A stretch of 64,000 bases of DNA from Camelus dromedarius (lineage: Eukaryota), in contig NC_087451.1 of assembly GCF_036321535.1 (NCBI RefSeq), positions 55,738,001 to 55,802,000 on the forward strand, given 5' to 3'. This document shows positions 12,796-23,050 of the stretch, piece after piece. Made by a program: the position numbers and the translations under genes. Position 1 is the first letter of the stretch; each line of letters begins with the position of its first letter. The notes below the pieces were generated by a model, which saw nothing but the letters and a program-made list of their open reading frames with translations, had not been told where the DNA came from and made no database searches.

Positions 12796-14484
12796 TCTTG
12801 GTCATTCACATTCTCTTACAAAATCCAGTAAGGTTTTCCTTCTCAGAAGGGAAATGACCTCCATCTCCTTTTGTGCAAATCTCTGTGACCCCGACTCTTC
12901 TGCCCCCTTCCATGACATCAGCGGAACATGGTGTAATGGGGAGGCATGGCTGCAAAGGAGGGTCGGGATCAAGAGGCCCCAGGGGAGTAAGTCGTCCCCG
13001 CCCTGCTTGGATCCCAGGCATGAGGGAGAGTGAAAGGTCCAACTTGGTTCCAGCAAACAGACAACCTGAGTCAGCTGCAATCCAGAACAGACCGTCTGCG
13101 GGAAAGCTTGGAGACGACCACGACAGACTTAGGAAACCTTGACGAACTCCTTCCAACTCCTGGAGGGGCCGTCTACCAACAGCGCAGAGAACTGACTAGA
13201 ATTGAGCCACAGTGCTCCCTGCCAGGCAAGCAGGTTGGGCACCCTGTGAGGAGCCAGGAGATGAGGTCCTCCAGAGACAGACAAGTGTTCCAAGGAAAAG
13301 GCCAAGGGAAGTTTCCTCACCAGGGAAGAAGGTGCCATGGGGCACCGTAGAAGGGCAGAGGAGAATTGGGGTGGGATGGAGCTGGGGGCAGTGGATGTGA
13401 GACAGGCCCACCCTAGTCCTGCCAAGCAGGGATCCTTCTGCTCAGCCAGGCTCTGGACAAAGGGCAGAGGTTCCAGGAGGCAGAGTCTCAGCCCCAGCTG
13501 GGAGAGGAGGGATGGAGGACGGCAACGTCGAGGCCTGGAAGGGAAGCCTGAGACAGGGAATGGAATTGGGGCCTGGTCTTCCCACAGCCGAGTTCATCAG
13601 GGTCCAGGATCTGCCCTCTCTTGGCATCACCCGGCCAGGCCATGGCTCAGGTATCCAACACCTGGGGCCTGGAGTCACATGCCAGGAAACCCAACACTCT
13701 TGGGCCCCAACCCCCAACTTCCAGCAGCTACGAGCAAGCAGGGCTGCTGGAGGAGGAAGCGGGTCTCCAGAGCCGAGCAGCAGGGAGGCTACTTCCCGGG
13801 AGAGGGCAGCACAGGAGGAGGCTCTCCCGTCAACAGGGGTGAGAGGCTGGGAGGAGGAGGGAGAGGACAAGGGAGGAAGAAGGGGGCGGAGAGGACAAAG
13901 CTGGGGCAGGCAGAGAGGTGGACAGTCCCAGAAAAGGGTGGATGGGCACAGAAAGTGGGGTCTGAGCCACCCAGCCTAGCTGGATGCCGTGAAGTCCAGC
14001 TGCTGATCCATCCTCCTCGTCTCCTTCACATAGGTACCAAGCAGGCCCTCTGGTGCCTACCTGGCCCACCTGGCAGCCACCCAGGTAGGTTGGCAGAAAA
14101 AGCCTTTATTCCAATGAAGGAAATCAATACGTGGGCAGAAGCAGAAGCTTAGAAGCCCCCAGACCCAGAATGACCAACAAGGCCTTGGACCAAGAGACTT
14201 TGCAGAGTAGCCCTCCAGAAGCAAAGAGACCCTAAGAGAGTCTCAGGCCCAGGGGGGCCTTTTACCCAAAGGGCCCAGTAAGGAGCCTTAGACCCCAAAG
14301 AACCAAAATGTTGCCTAGGCCTGGAGAGCCCCCAGAGGAGAGGCCCCAGCCCAAAGAGAATCCCCAAGGGGACTTGAGGAGGAGAGAGCTGGCCACAGGG
14401 AGTGGAATTCTCTTGACTCTTCTTTGATGGGGTTTTTCCTTCCCCAGATCCTACTCCACTCCAGGACTATGCCAATCTGTGGCC

Positions 14485-15249
14485 ATGCTCCCATCAGCCG
14501 GTCACCTCCTGTCCCTGCTGCTGGTGATAGGCACAGGGGGTGTGGTGCCCAGCCCCCGGGTAGCTCTCCAGGGCTGCTACGTGGCCGAGGAAGCAGGGGA
14601 GCAGACATTCCGCTGCAGCCAGGCAGGCTTGAGCACCGTGCCCACTGGCATCCCCAACGACACCCGCAAGCTCTACCTGGATGCCAACCGGCTGGCATCG
14701 GTGCCGGCTGGTGCCTTCCAGCACCTGCCTGTCCTGGAGGAGCTGGACCTGTCCCATAATGTCCTTGCCCACCTCTCTGGTGCCGCTTTCCAGGGCCTGG
14801 AGGGCACACTGCGCCACCTCGACCTCTCTGCCAACCAGCTGGCCTCGGTGCCCCTGGAGGCCTTCGTGGGGCTGCAGATCCAAGTGAACTTGTCCGCCAA
14901 CCCGTGGCGCTGCGACTGTGCCCTCCAGGAGCTGCTCAGGCGGGTGAGGCTGGCACCAGGCACTGGGACGGGCATTGTGTGTGGCCCAGGAGCCCGACCA
15001 GACCTCGTGGGGCAGGAGTTCCTGGCACTGGCAGGGGAGGAAGAGCTGTGTGGGACGGGGCGGGGCGGGGCCCGGCGGAGCACTGATGTGGCCCTGCTGG
15101 TCACCATGGGGGGCTGGCTGGTGCTCGTGGTGACTTATCTGGCCCACTACGTGTGGCAGAACCGGGAGGAGACCCGACGTCCCCTCAAGCAGGCACCCGT
15201 GCTGCCTGTACGCTCTGAGGACTCCTCTACCCTCAGCACAGTGGTCTGA
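14485..15249 (+). CDS. LRRC3C: Leucine-rich repeat-containing protein 3C (hydrophobic leader, LRRNT, LRRs, LRRCT, TM)
   Basis: ORF 14479-15249; first ATG at 14485, TGA at 15247-15249. Contains CSQAGLSTVPTGIP, LYLDANRL, LDLSHNVL, LDLSANQL, NPWRCDC and a TM segment VALLVTMGGWLVLVVTYLAHYV. Exon acceptor AG at 14446-14447. The true start may lie upstream. Confidence 0.95.
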   Translation: MLPSAGHLLSLLLVIGTGGVVPSPRVALQGCYVAEEAGEQTFRCSQAGLSTVPTGIPNDTRKLYLDANRLASVPAGAFQHLPVLEELDLSHNVLAHLSGAAFQGLEGTLRHLDLSANQLASVPLEAFVGLQIQVNLSANPWRCDCALQELLRRVRLAPGTGTGIVCGPGARPDLVGQEFLALAGEEELCGTGRGGARRSTDVALLVTMGGWLVLVVTYLAHYVWQNREETRRPLKQAPVLPVRSEDSSTLSTVV

Positions 15250-16138
15250 TGACCAGGACCACTCCTCCGGCCCATGCCCCACACTCCTGCTTCTATGCCC
15301 TCCCGTCTCCTCCGAACCCCTCTGTCTCCTCTGCAGCCCTTTCCCATCCCCCAATTCCACCCCCTTCCTCCTCTGTCTCCCCTAAACACCTGATCTCTCT
15401 CTCAACCAACACCATCTTTGGTGCCTGAGGTTTTCAGTGCCTACTGTGGGCCTGGATTGTGCTAGACACAGAGCTTCTAAGTCTAGGTAGCGGGGGGAGG
15501 GGGACAACAGAACAGAGAATGACAGTAGGTGGTATGTGTGCCAACTCAGAGGTAGGAGCAGGCAGCTCAAGAGGCTGGCGGAAGTGATCTCAAAGGCTTC
15601 ACCCACCAGATGGATGCTTGAACTGACTCTTCAAGAATGAGGAGGAGGGCTTTGGGCAGAAGAGGGACACCCTCAGCTGGAAGTCGGTGGACAAAGGCAA
15701 AGAAGATGTAAGAACTCTGAATGTCTAAGCAGCGGCAAGACCTACTTGGGGGCTAGAAGGTGCATAGAGGGGCGAGGGGCTGCTGGGACCAAGCTGGCGG
15801 TGAGGCCAGAAAGGACCCAGCCGGCTCCTCCTCTCTTCTCCCTCTGCCTCTACTGAAAAGTTCCTGCATCCTCAGTGCTTCTCACCTCTCTCAGGGCCCT
15901 AGACTCCTCTTCCTGTACCTTCTATTGGGGTCCACCTGGCTTAGCTTCCCTGCTTCCTTTTCCAGAGGTTCCCTATCTCTCTGTCCTTTATACACAGAAG
16001 GGCTTCCCGAACCCTTCCCCTTGGGAGAAAAGCAGTCTCTGCTCTGCCTGATCTGGGGATGGGTCACTAGAGAGACGGAGGTGGGGGGCGGGAGGGAGCC
16101 AGGAGGTTTCCCATCCCCAGAACATCACTGGACAATTG

Positions 16139-16144
16139 AATAAA
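16139..16144 (+). terminator. Candidate LRRC3C poly(A) signal
   Basis: AATAAA about 890 nt after the stop, followed by a T-rich stretch. Confidence 0.45.
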
Positions 16145-17997
16145 GTCCTTTCATTAATGCCCCGATCTCTCTTATTGTTCATTTCATTGAACGCGTGTGG
16201 CCCCGCAGTGAGGAAGGGGAGGGTGCTGAGACTTTCACCACCACCTCCACCACCCCTTTGGTGAGGGTTGCTCCCGATGGGCTGAGTGCCAACTCCTCTC
16301 TCCCCTCCTACCTCCCAGCTCCTGACACCAGAGTCTATCTGCCAGGGGTGCCAGGGGTTATGCATTAGTGATGATGCAACTGGAAGGATGTGGGGTGGGA
16401 GGCGACCTGGAGGGAGGACAACCAGGGTAGAGGGAAGGAGGGCAAAGCCCTGGCATCAGCACAGAAAGCAAAGGGAGAGAGAGCCATGACTCTCTTAACA
16501 ATCCGTCTCTCCTCTCAGCGGAAGTCTGAGCAGGGAGTAGGGAGGAACTAGATGTGCTCAAAGTTAACCAAAAGAATTCCTGAGCAGAGGGGGAGGGCAG
16601 AGTTGGCTGAGGGAGGGAGCCATATGAGATATCACCAACTAGGCTTCTCGAGAGGCCCAAAAGGGCCAACACACCCTGTACCTTGCCCCTAGGAGGGTGA
16701 CTCACTCATGTGGCTTCCATGGAGGGAACAGCCACTTTGGGGAAGCTCGTAGGAGCCCCAGTAAAAACTGAAGATAAGAACCATGGAATCAGGGTGCCAC
16801 CCAGCTTGTGGCAGAGCCTGGGGCAGACTGGTAGGACACTTAAGGAGCAGCAAAGAGGAATCCATCACCTCCCCTGGTCCTTCTAACCCATTCTGACTTC
16901 CCTGTCTCCCTTCCAGCTCCTCCCCTCCTTGCTTGATCCCTGAGGCTCCTCCCACCACTCCAAGGCTGAGCTTCCTCGTTATTACCCAGGAAACCTCAAC
17001 TTGATGATCTCAGAAAAACCTGGGGCCCCTCCCCCATTTTCTTTTCTCAGGAGACATGGGCCTCCCTCTCCATTTCCAGAGATGCTTAGGGATGGGGGAA
17101 AGAACTTGGATGTGGGAAGTTTGTACCTCTGTACAAACTTTGTACCTGTACCTTTGACCATCCACCCCAGCCACATCCTGATCTGGCCCTTGGAATCCTG
17201 GCCCCAACCATATCAAACCCTCCATCAGTCCTTCCCCTGACACTCAGAATCTGTCCTAGTCTGCTCAGCCACCCTCTTCTGGAATCAAGCTGGGACACAT
17301 CTCACTGGGTTCTGGGAAGTAGACTGTGGAGACCTGTAGCAGAGGGGAGGGTGAAGGACAGGTGGGGCCCTGTGTCCCTATCTTTGGTGCCCATTCCTGG
17401 AGCCTCGTTCGACTCCCTGTCATCCTGAGCAGCAGAGACAGCTTCTTTAAGTTCTGCAAAGAGCCAGTTCCCCTGCTCTGACCCCTAACTTCAATTCTCA
17501 GAGGTGAGTTCAGATGGGAAAGGATCAAGGGAGAGAAGTTTTGTCTGGAGCCCAGGTCAGGGAGAGGTCCTGGAATTCTGGAGAAGAAACATTCCAACAG
17601 TTATCCCCACGGCCCCCTTCTGGCTCAAATTCCCTTCCCTCTCAGAGCTAGGACAGGAGGTCAAGGAGAGGGAGGACAATTGGGGCAGAAGACGGGGGGC
17701 TGGGGAGGTGACAGGGAGATGCTTCATTGGCTCCCTTCCCCAGGGAAAGACCCCTTCATCTGACCCAGTTGGGAACTTGTTGGGAGGGGGTATCAGAAGC
17801 TGTAGCTTCAGCTCAGCCCATCACAGGAGACTGGACAAAATGGGGCCTCCCCAGACTCAGAGAGGCTCCTGCTAGGACAACCATCACTGAGTCCCTAAGC
17901 CCTTCTCTCAGCACCCTGGTCTCTTGGTTGTGTTTGTCCGCTGGGCAGGCAGGAAGGAGTGGCATAACTGGTTTCACCCCATCCTTATCTCTGCCAG

Positions 17998-18180
17998 GGA
18001 CCAGGGGTCACAGGATCAGTGTTCCGAGACACCACCAGGGCCCTGGCAAGACAGCTGGGCTGCCTCATTTTTGCTGTCTGCTTCTGGCCCTTCTGCCTGA
18101 TCCAGAGGAAAGGGGGACCCACTATGTCAAGACCAACCTCTCCCAGCTGGATGAGCCGGAGCCAGGAATAAAGCAGCCGG
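17998..18180 (+). pseudogene. Gasdermin pseudogene, exon-2 homologue
   Basis: AG at 17996-17997. Reads (T)GSVFRDTTRALARQLG-CLIFAVCFWPFCLIQRK, frameshift at about 18112, then GTHYVKTNLSQLDEPEPGIKQP. Compare GSDMA MTMFENVTRALVRQLN...SLIDFKRFHPFCLVLRK...GARYVHTDYTLLDVLEPGSSPS. Phase-1 GT donor at 18181. Confidence 0.9.
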
Positions 18181-19353
18181 GTACCAAGAGAGCTCAGCCA
18201 CATGCCTGGTCCAGCTCGGAAGCAAAAACCTAGGAAGGCAGGCCCCAGCTTGTCACCTCCAGGCAGCACCCTGGAGCCAGCGGGCAGTGGGTAGGGGTGG
18301 GAGGAGAGGAGAGCCCCTCACTCAGCCCTTCTGCCACCAGCTTCTTCCTGCCCTCTGGAGGGAAGCTGGAGCGGTAGAGAAAGCAGATGCTGCCCTCCCT
18401 CAGGGTGCCCCAGTCTGAGGAGGAGAGATGTGACCCTAAGTCTCAGGGAACCCCCAGACTAATGGAAGAAATAGAGTCCTTTCTCTTTGGGGAGCTCTGA
18501 ACCTGGTGAGATTAAGACATCCCTCAGACAAAGACTGAAGCACCTCCAAAGCCTGGTTCTCCACCAAAGGAAATAAAGCAAGAACAAACTGAACACACAG
18601 GAGCTGAGGGAGGCAGTTAAGAGCGGCAGGTGGGGCCCAGCCCCCACCCTTCCTGTGCTGGGCTCATGTGCAGACATTGCAAGTGCCACGTGAATGAGGG
18701 GAGGTCAGCATCAAAACCGGAAGAACCCAGGCAGCTCCTTCCAAGCACTTCCCCCATTAGACTATGAGGAGTTCCAATCGGAAACAGTTTCCCCTTGTCT
18801 CTCTGGGACTCTGTCATCAGCAACCTCACCTGCCTCTGAGGAATGAGTTCCCAAACCAGGAAGGCAGAACACAAAGCAGACAGACAAAGGCGTCTGAGCT
18901 GTCAAAACAGATCCCACCACTAGTCCATGCATTCAACAAACATTTATTGAGTTACTACTACGTGCCAGAACCTGCAGATACAAAGATAAAGAAGTTGTGG
19001 AGCCCATCCTCGGGGACCTGACAGTTAGTGTATCAATGATGGCGGCCCAGAGGACAGAGGCGTGCACTGGGGCCATGTGAGCCTAGAAGGGGCATCTAAA
19101 GCAAACACTCACTAAGGTTCAGGTACTTGGTTCACAGGAGCACTTAGAACCCATTTATTTTACCCATTTTTTAAAATCTTATTTTACACTGAGTTCCAAT
19201 AATTTTGTATCTCTGGTTTCCCACATACAACAGGATAGAAGCAGTATATGTGAAGATATACAGACACACAGACAGAACAACAGCAGTAAGAAACAACAGC
19301 CTGGCAGCAGGGCGGGCCATTATTAAAAGAATTTATAAGAACTCAAAAAAGCA

Positions 19354-19489
19354 GGTGTGGTGGTATATAGCTCAGTGGTAGAACGCATGCTTGGCATGCA
19401 CAAGGTCCTGGGTTCAATCCCCAGTGCCTTCATTAAAGGAGTAAAATAAAATAAAATATTTAAAAAACCAAATCACTGTTAAAAAGAAA
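19354..19489 (+). mobile_element. tRNA-derived SINE (vic-1-like) with 14-bp TSD
   Basis: GGTATATAGCTCAGTGGTAGAACGCATGCTTGGCATGCACAAGGTCCTGGGTTCAATCCCCAG plus A-rich tail. TSD AACTCAAAAAAGCA at 19340-19353 and 19490-19503. Confidence 0.9.
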
Positions 19490-20241
19490 AACTCAAAAAA
19501 GCACACAGTAGGGCATTTTACTGTCTTCTAAATGGCCCTGTGGGGACAAATGATTCTCCTCACCTCCAGAGGGCCAATGGACATTGGCAAAATGCATAAT
19601 ACTAATGTCATGGACTTTTGACTTACCTGTAAAAAGAGGTCAAATCTTGGAGCGTCCACTCTCAGGGACAGGAAGCAGGTGATGCATTTGAGAAAGTTTC
19701 CCTCCAATCAGGGCAGAAGTTAACGATGCGGAAAGATGGTGGAGAAAAGGCTCATTCCACCTGGCCTGCCTCCTGCCTCCTTCCTCCCATGGCACCAAGG
19801 TCTGGCCTGGGGCTGTGTCGAGTAGTTCCCATCTCTCTTGCACACAACAGCCCTCTGGATGGGTGAAGACGGCTCTGGAGTCTCCAGCACAAGTCAGCAC
19901 ATCATGGTCTTTCTCTGTTCTTGTCTCTCTGTCCCTATTTAATGTCCCACAATCACCACCGCACCCACGCACTTGCCTCAGGTCCCTGGAATCCAGTTTA
20001 TCTCCATCCGGTCACAATACTCATTTCTGCACTTATGACAATTACTATCCTCCTCTTTCAGAACATTCAAAAAAAAAAAAACACCTCAAGAATGCATATT
20101 AAACTAATGTCTGAGGTCAGCCTTCAATTCTCATTCATTTAGGGAGTCACAGGCAATTTATCATGCAGAGTCAAACCATCAAGGATGGTTCCCTCAAGGG
20201 ATGTGTGGGAACAAGCATAGGGCATTGTGTCTGCCCTAAAG

Positions 20242-20380
20242 AACTGGGAAAAGACTCCGAGATCACCCAGGCTGCAGCCGTAGAGCTTCTGGTGAATATC
20301 TCCGTCACAGTCAGCAGCCAATGTCATCCTGGACATCGAAAACCTCAGCACTGCAGAAGATCTGGAAAACCTAAGAAGAG
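20242..20380 (+). pseudogene. Gasdermin pseudogene, exon-3 homologue
   Basis: Phase-1 acceptor AAG at 20239-20241. Reads ELGKDSEITQAAAVELLVNISVTVS, frameshift, then ANVILDIENLSTAEDLENLRR, versus GSDMA RNSTLEVQTLSVAPTALESLHQER. Expected donor reads GGGAGC (GT>GG) at 20381. Confidence 0.75.
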
Positions 20381-20603
20381 GGGAGCTGCAGAGTCGGGTA
20401 GGGAGGCAGGTTGAGGACTCCAGGCCAGCCAAGGGGGCTGGAACTAAGAGACATGCCCTGACCTAAAGTCGCACGGGCTGTCAGAGCTGGCAGGGATCTT
20501 CATTTTACAAAAGAGCCCAGAGAGGGATGGTGAGTTGTCCAAGGTCACACAGGGAGTCAGGGAAAAAACAGGACTAGAACCCACAGACCCCCTGTCCTTT
20601 TGA

Positions 20604-20604
<1 letters not shown>

Positions 20605-20650
<46 letters not shown>
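20605..20650. repeat. (AC)23 microsatellite
   Basis: Perfect AC dinucleotide run. Confidence 0.97.
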
Positions 20651-20652
<2 letters not shown>

Positions 20653-20738
20653 CTCTTCCAAGGGAATGGGTTGAGGGAGGGGTAGATGGAGACGATGGTG
20701 GACTCGGAGATGCAACCAAGGGAGCTGGACACAGGCAG

Positions 20739-20926
20739 GAAGAGAGCCCCACCCACTCAGAGCCAGCTCCACCCCACCCAGCTGAAGAAGCTTCAGGAGC
20801 ATGGGGAGAACCTATCCATACATGGTGACCGAGGCTGTGAAGATGCTGAAGGAAGCCACCCTGGAGGTAGGGAGCAAGATTGAAGGAGCCATTCCATCTC
20901 CCTTCTGACTGCTGCTGGGTTCAAAG
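20739..20926 (+). pseudogene. Gasdermin pseudogene, exon-4 homologue
   Basis: Reads RK...HPTQLKKLQEHGENL, then a 4-nt insertion (about 20815-20818), then YMVTEAVKMLKEATLEVGSKIEGAIPSPF*LLLGSK. Compare GSDMA RKLMVDHPFLKEMRSERMNLYVVMEVVETVQEVTLERASKADGCFSLPIFAPLGLQ. TGA at 20906-20908. The 5' boundary is uncertain (20739 or 20761). Confidence 0.9.
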
Positions 20927-21550
20927 TCAGGAATCTCCAAGATGGTTTCTCTGCTCTGCCCCCCATCCATATACACACTCCTTCCCTCCCACAGCCCCTG
21001 AGTCTCCCCTGCGTCCTTGCCTGTCATTAAGGCACCCTAACATCCTTCTCTCCCATCCATGCCTGCCTCTCATCCAGTTCCTCTAACAATGGCCTCCCAC
21101 CTTTTACAGTACCACTCTTCTCTTTTTAAGGACTTTTGCATCTCATATCTCACATGAATCCTGTGAGGTAGGTGACGCTGCTACAGCAAACCCCTTCTCA
21201 TGTGTTTGGGTAACTACCTCAGAAAAGCCCAGTGACTCACCAGCTACTCGGTGGTGAATCTGTGAGCAAAACCCAGGCTCTGAGACTCCAGCCGGTGCTT
21301 TCCCCTCACAGCTCCACTCCCTGCCAGAGTTCTTGCCCCCTCTGCCAAGATCCCCTGTCTTCACATCTCTCCCATCCCCTCACCACCACCACCTGCCCCA
21401 AGCAGAAGTCACCGAGAGGAACAGCCAGAGTGAGCCAGGTGGAAGCCAAGTGGAACTTGAAGGAGAGGAGGGGAGGCAGACGGCCCAGGGTCGGTCCCCC
21501 CTGCCTCGGGGCTGAAATCTGGGCGATCAGCGTGTTCTATTCCTCTTTAG

Positions 21551-21594
21551 GGTCTGTTCCCAAAACCAGCTGGTGATCTACAGCCCCTCCACAG
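21551..21594 (+). pseudogene. Gasdermin pseudogene, internally deleted exon-5 homologue
   Basis: Strong pyrimidine tract and AG at 21549-21550; begins with a Gly codon. Ends NQLVIYSPST-g|GT (phase 1), versus GSDMA RQLMVKGKDEW-g| and GSDMD AQLVIDS. 44 nt against 97 nt in GSDMA. Confidence 0.5.
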
Positions 21595-21764
21595 GTTCCT
21601 CCCAACCCCTTCAGTGTGGCTCCCTAGTGCCTGCACCTCCCACCACTCCTCCCCGCTCAGAGACCACCCTATGTAGGCCTATGTGGTGAGGGGAGCCGGC
21701 CAGGACAGGCCAGGAAGAGTCAGGGAATCAGTGACAGCCAGTGATCCATTTCTGACCCCCACAG

Positions 21765-21812
21765 ACATCCTCCCACTCAAAGACCAGAATCTAAAAATGT
21801 CCCCCTCTGAAG
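21765..21812 (+). pseudogene. Gasdermin pseudogene, intact 48-nt exon-6 homologue
   Basis: CCCCCACAG|ACATC...TCTGAAG|GTGAGA. Phase 1-1, open frame DILPLKDQNLKMSPSE. Same length and phase as GSDMA exon 6 (DIPCIYNDNMQTFPLG). Confidence 0.85.
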
Positions 21813-22513
21813 GTGAGAGAAGCTAAAGGACTCTTCTCCCTCCCACCCCATAATGTGATGAGGGCAGTCGGACGAAGTCTTAGAAGGTGAGGACACAAAG
21901 ACACCACTCCCCCGCCTTCTCCAGCAAAGGAAAGAAACCAGCCCACTGAGGAACACAAGCCTGGAGCCCTTTCTCAAAACCATGACAGGATGGTGGGTGG
22001 GATGCAGAGGGGTCTCTCTGACTCTGACATGACGTAGTGATGCTGGGGATCCCAGCCACAGGTTTGGTTTCTTGGGCTTTTAAGTACATCCTCCCCCTGC
22101 CCCCAGCCTCCACCACACTCTTCTAGGTGTGATGAGTCTGGACCCACCCAGGGCTGCACCACGGGGCAGGCGGACCCTTCTTCCCTAGAGGCTCTCTGTC
22201 CTCCATCTCCGTCTATCACAGTCACCCTTGGTCCCTTTCGCGTCTGCAACATCCTCAACCCCATCGAAAAATACTGTTAGGAGTTGAATTCCCCTGTCAC
22301 TCCACACCAGCCCCTGCCCTGATCCTCTTTCCCTGGAGAGGGGTACCTGAGGGAGGCACAGGACACCAAGGCCCAGAAGGAGGACTCTGTGCCTGGGGTG
22401 GGGGGCCCTCTGGGTGAAGTTATGTGGAGGCAGGAGGAGCAGGGTATGGTCCTCGTTACCACTGTCCTCTACGCAAAGCTCTGGGCCTGAGCCGGTCCCC
22501 TGGGAGCCCACAG

Positions 22514-22660
22514 GGTTTCGGTAGCTGCAGGCTGAGGTGGAGGAGCTGCTGTAGCTTAAGGGCCTGACCCGGAACAGCGGACGGCGGGGCTGAGGGAAGG
22601 ATTGGCACGACTGGGCCAGGCCCTGAGGCCCAGGAGCTGTGGGACATAGCGGGGGCGGGG
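22514..22660 (+). pseudogene. Gasdermin pseudogene, exon-9 homologue (start of C-terminal domain)
   Basis: Phase-1 acceptor CCCACAG at 22513. Reads GFR*LQAEVEELL*LKGLTR, then shifted EQRTAGLREGLARLG...ELWDI. Compare GSDMA DFRTLKEEVQ...ELEDL and GSDMD DFQGLRAEVE. TAG at 22522 and 22552. The 3' end is approximate. Confidence 0.75.
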
Positions 22661-22870
22661 CTGCGGCGGAGTGGGCGGGACTGCAGGAGTCTTGGGGCGA
22701 GGTGATAGAGACTTCCGGAGCACGCTAGAGTGGTGACTGCAGTCCTGCGGGGTGAGAGGCGGGGCTTAAAACGTCTAGGGGGAGGAGTCGGGAGATGGGG
22801 CGGGGCTAAACTGGTGAGGGCTAGACCTGCGCGCCGGAGGCGGGGCTACGAGCCGTAGGAGCCAGATGCA
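22640..22870. promoter_or_regulatory. Small CpG-rich cluster of GC boxes
   Basis: GGGGCGGGGC or GAGGCGGGGC at 22652, 22756, 22797 and 22837; GGGCGGGA at 22673; many retained CpGs. Confidence 0.55.
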
Positions 22871-23050
22871 GGCTGAATGGGGCGTGACTGGCCTCCTATT
22901 CAGGGAGCTGTCATCCAGCATGTCCACTCGTCCACTCGAGGAAGGCCTCTTTACGCTAAGAGAGACTGGGCTCCTGCCCTGAGGAGGGGATCTCCCTGTC
23001 TCTCTAACCGTTGAAGTATCTAGCTGATCACTTCCCATCTCTCTGTCAAG

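Noticed and set aside
13030-13350. 106-aa ORF with a helical-looking stretch (NLSQLQSRTDRLRESLETTTTDLGNLDELL)
   Set aside because: No recognisable family and no supporting exon structure. It would need PhyloCSF or BLAST evidence that I cannot run.
13337-14152. 271-aa plus-strand ORF and overlapping ORFs upstream of LRRC3C
   Set aside because: Gly/Arg/Pro-biased chance ORFs in GC-rich purine-skewed DNA, with no recognisable domain or splice logic.
14494-15360. 288-aa minus-strand ORF
   Set aside because: Antisense shadow of the GC-rich LRRC3C coding exon.
17500-17512. Strong donor GAG|GTGAGT about 500 nt upstream of the pseudogene's first coding exon (possible non-coding exon 1)
   Set aside because: A single splice-like hexamer with no defined promoter or transcript evidence is not enough to call an exon.
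19354-19432. tRNA-like sequences here and at 11410-11486, 30383-30460, 31490-31565 and 37349-37405
   Set aside because: They have A and B boxes but are followed by A-rich tails, most are flanked by TSDs, and the copies diverge from one another. They are SINEs, not tRNA genes.
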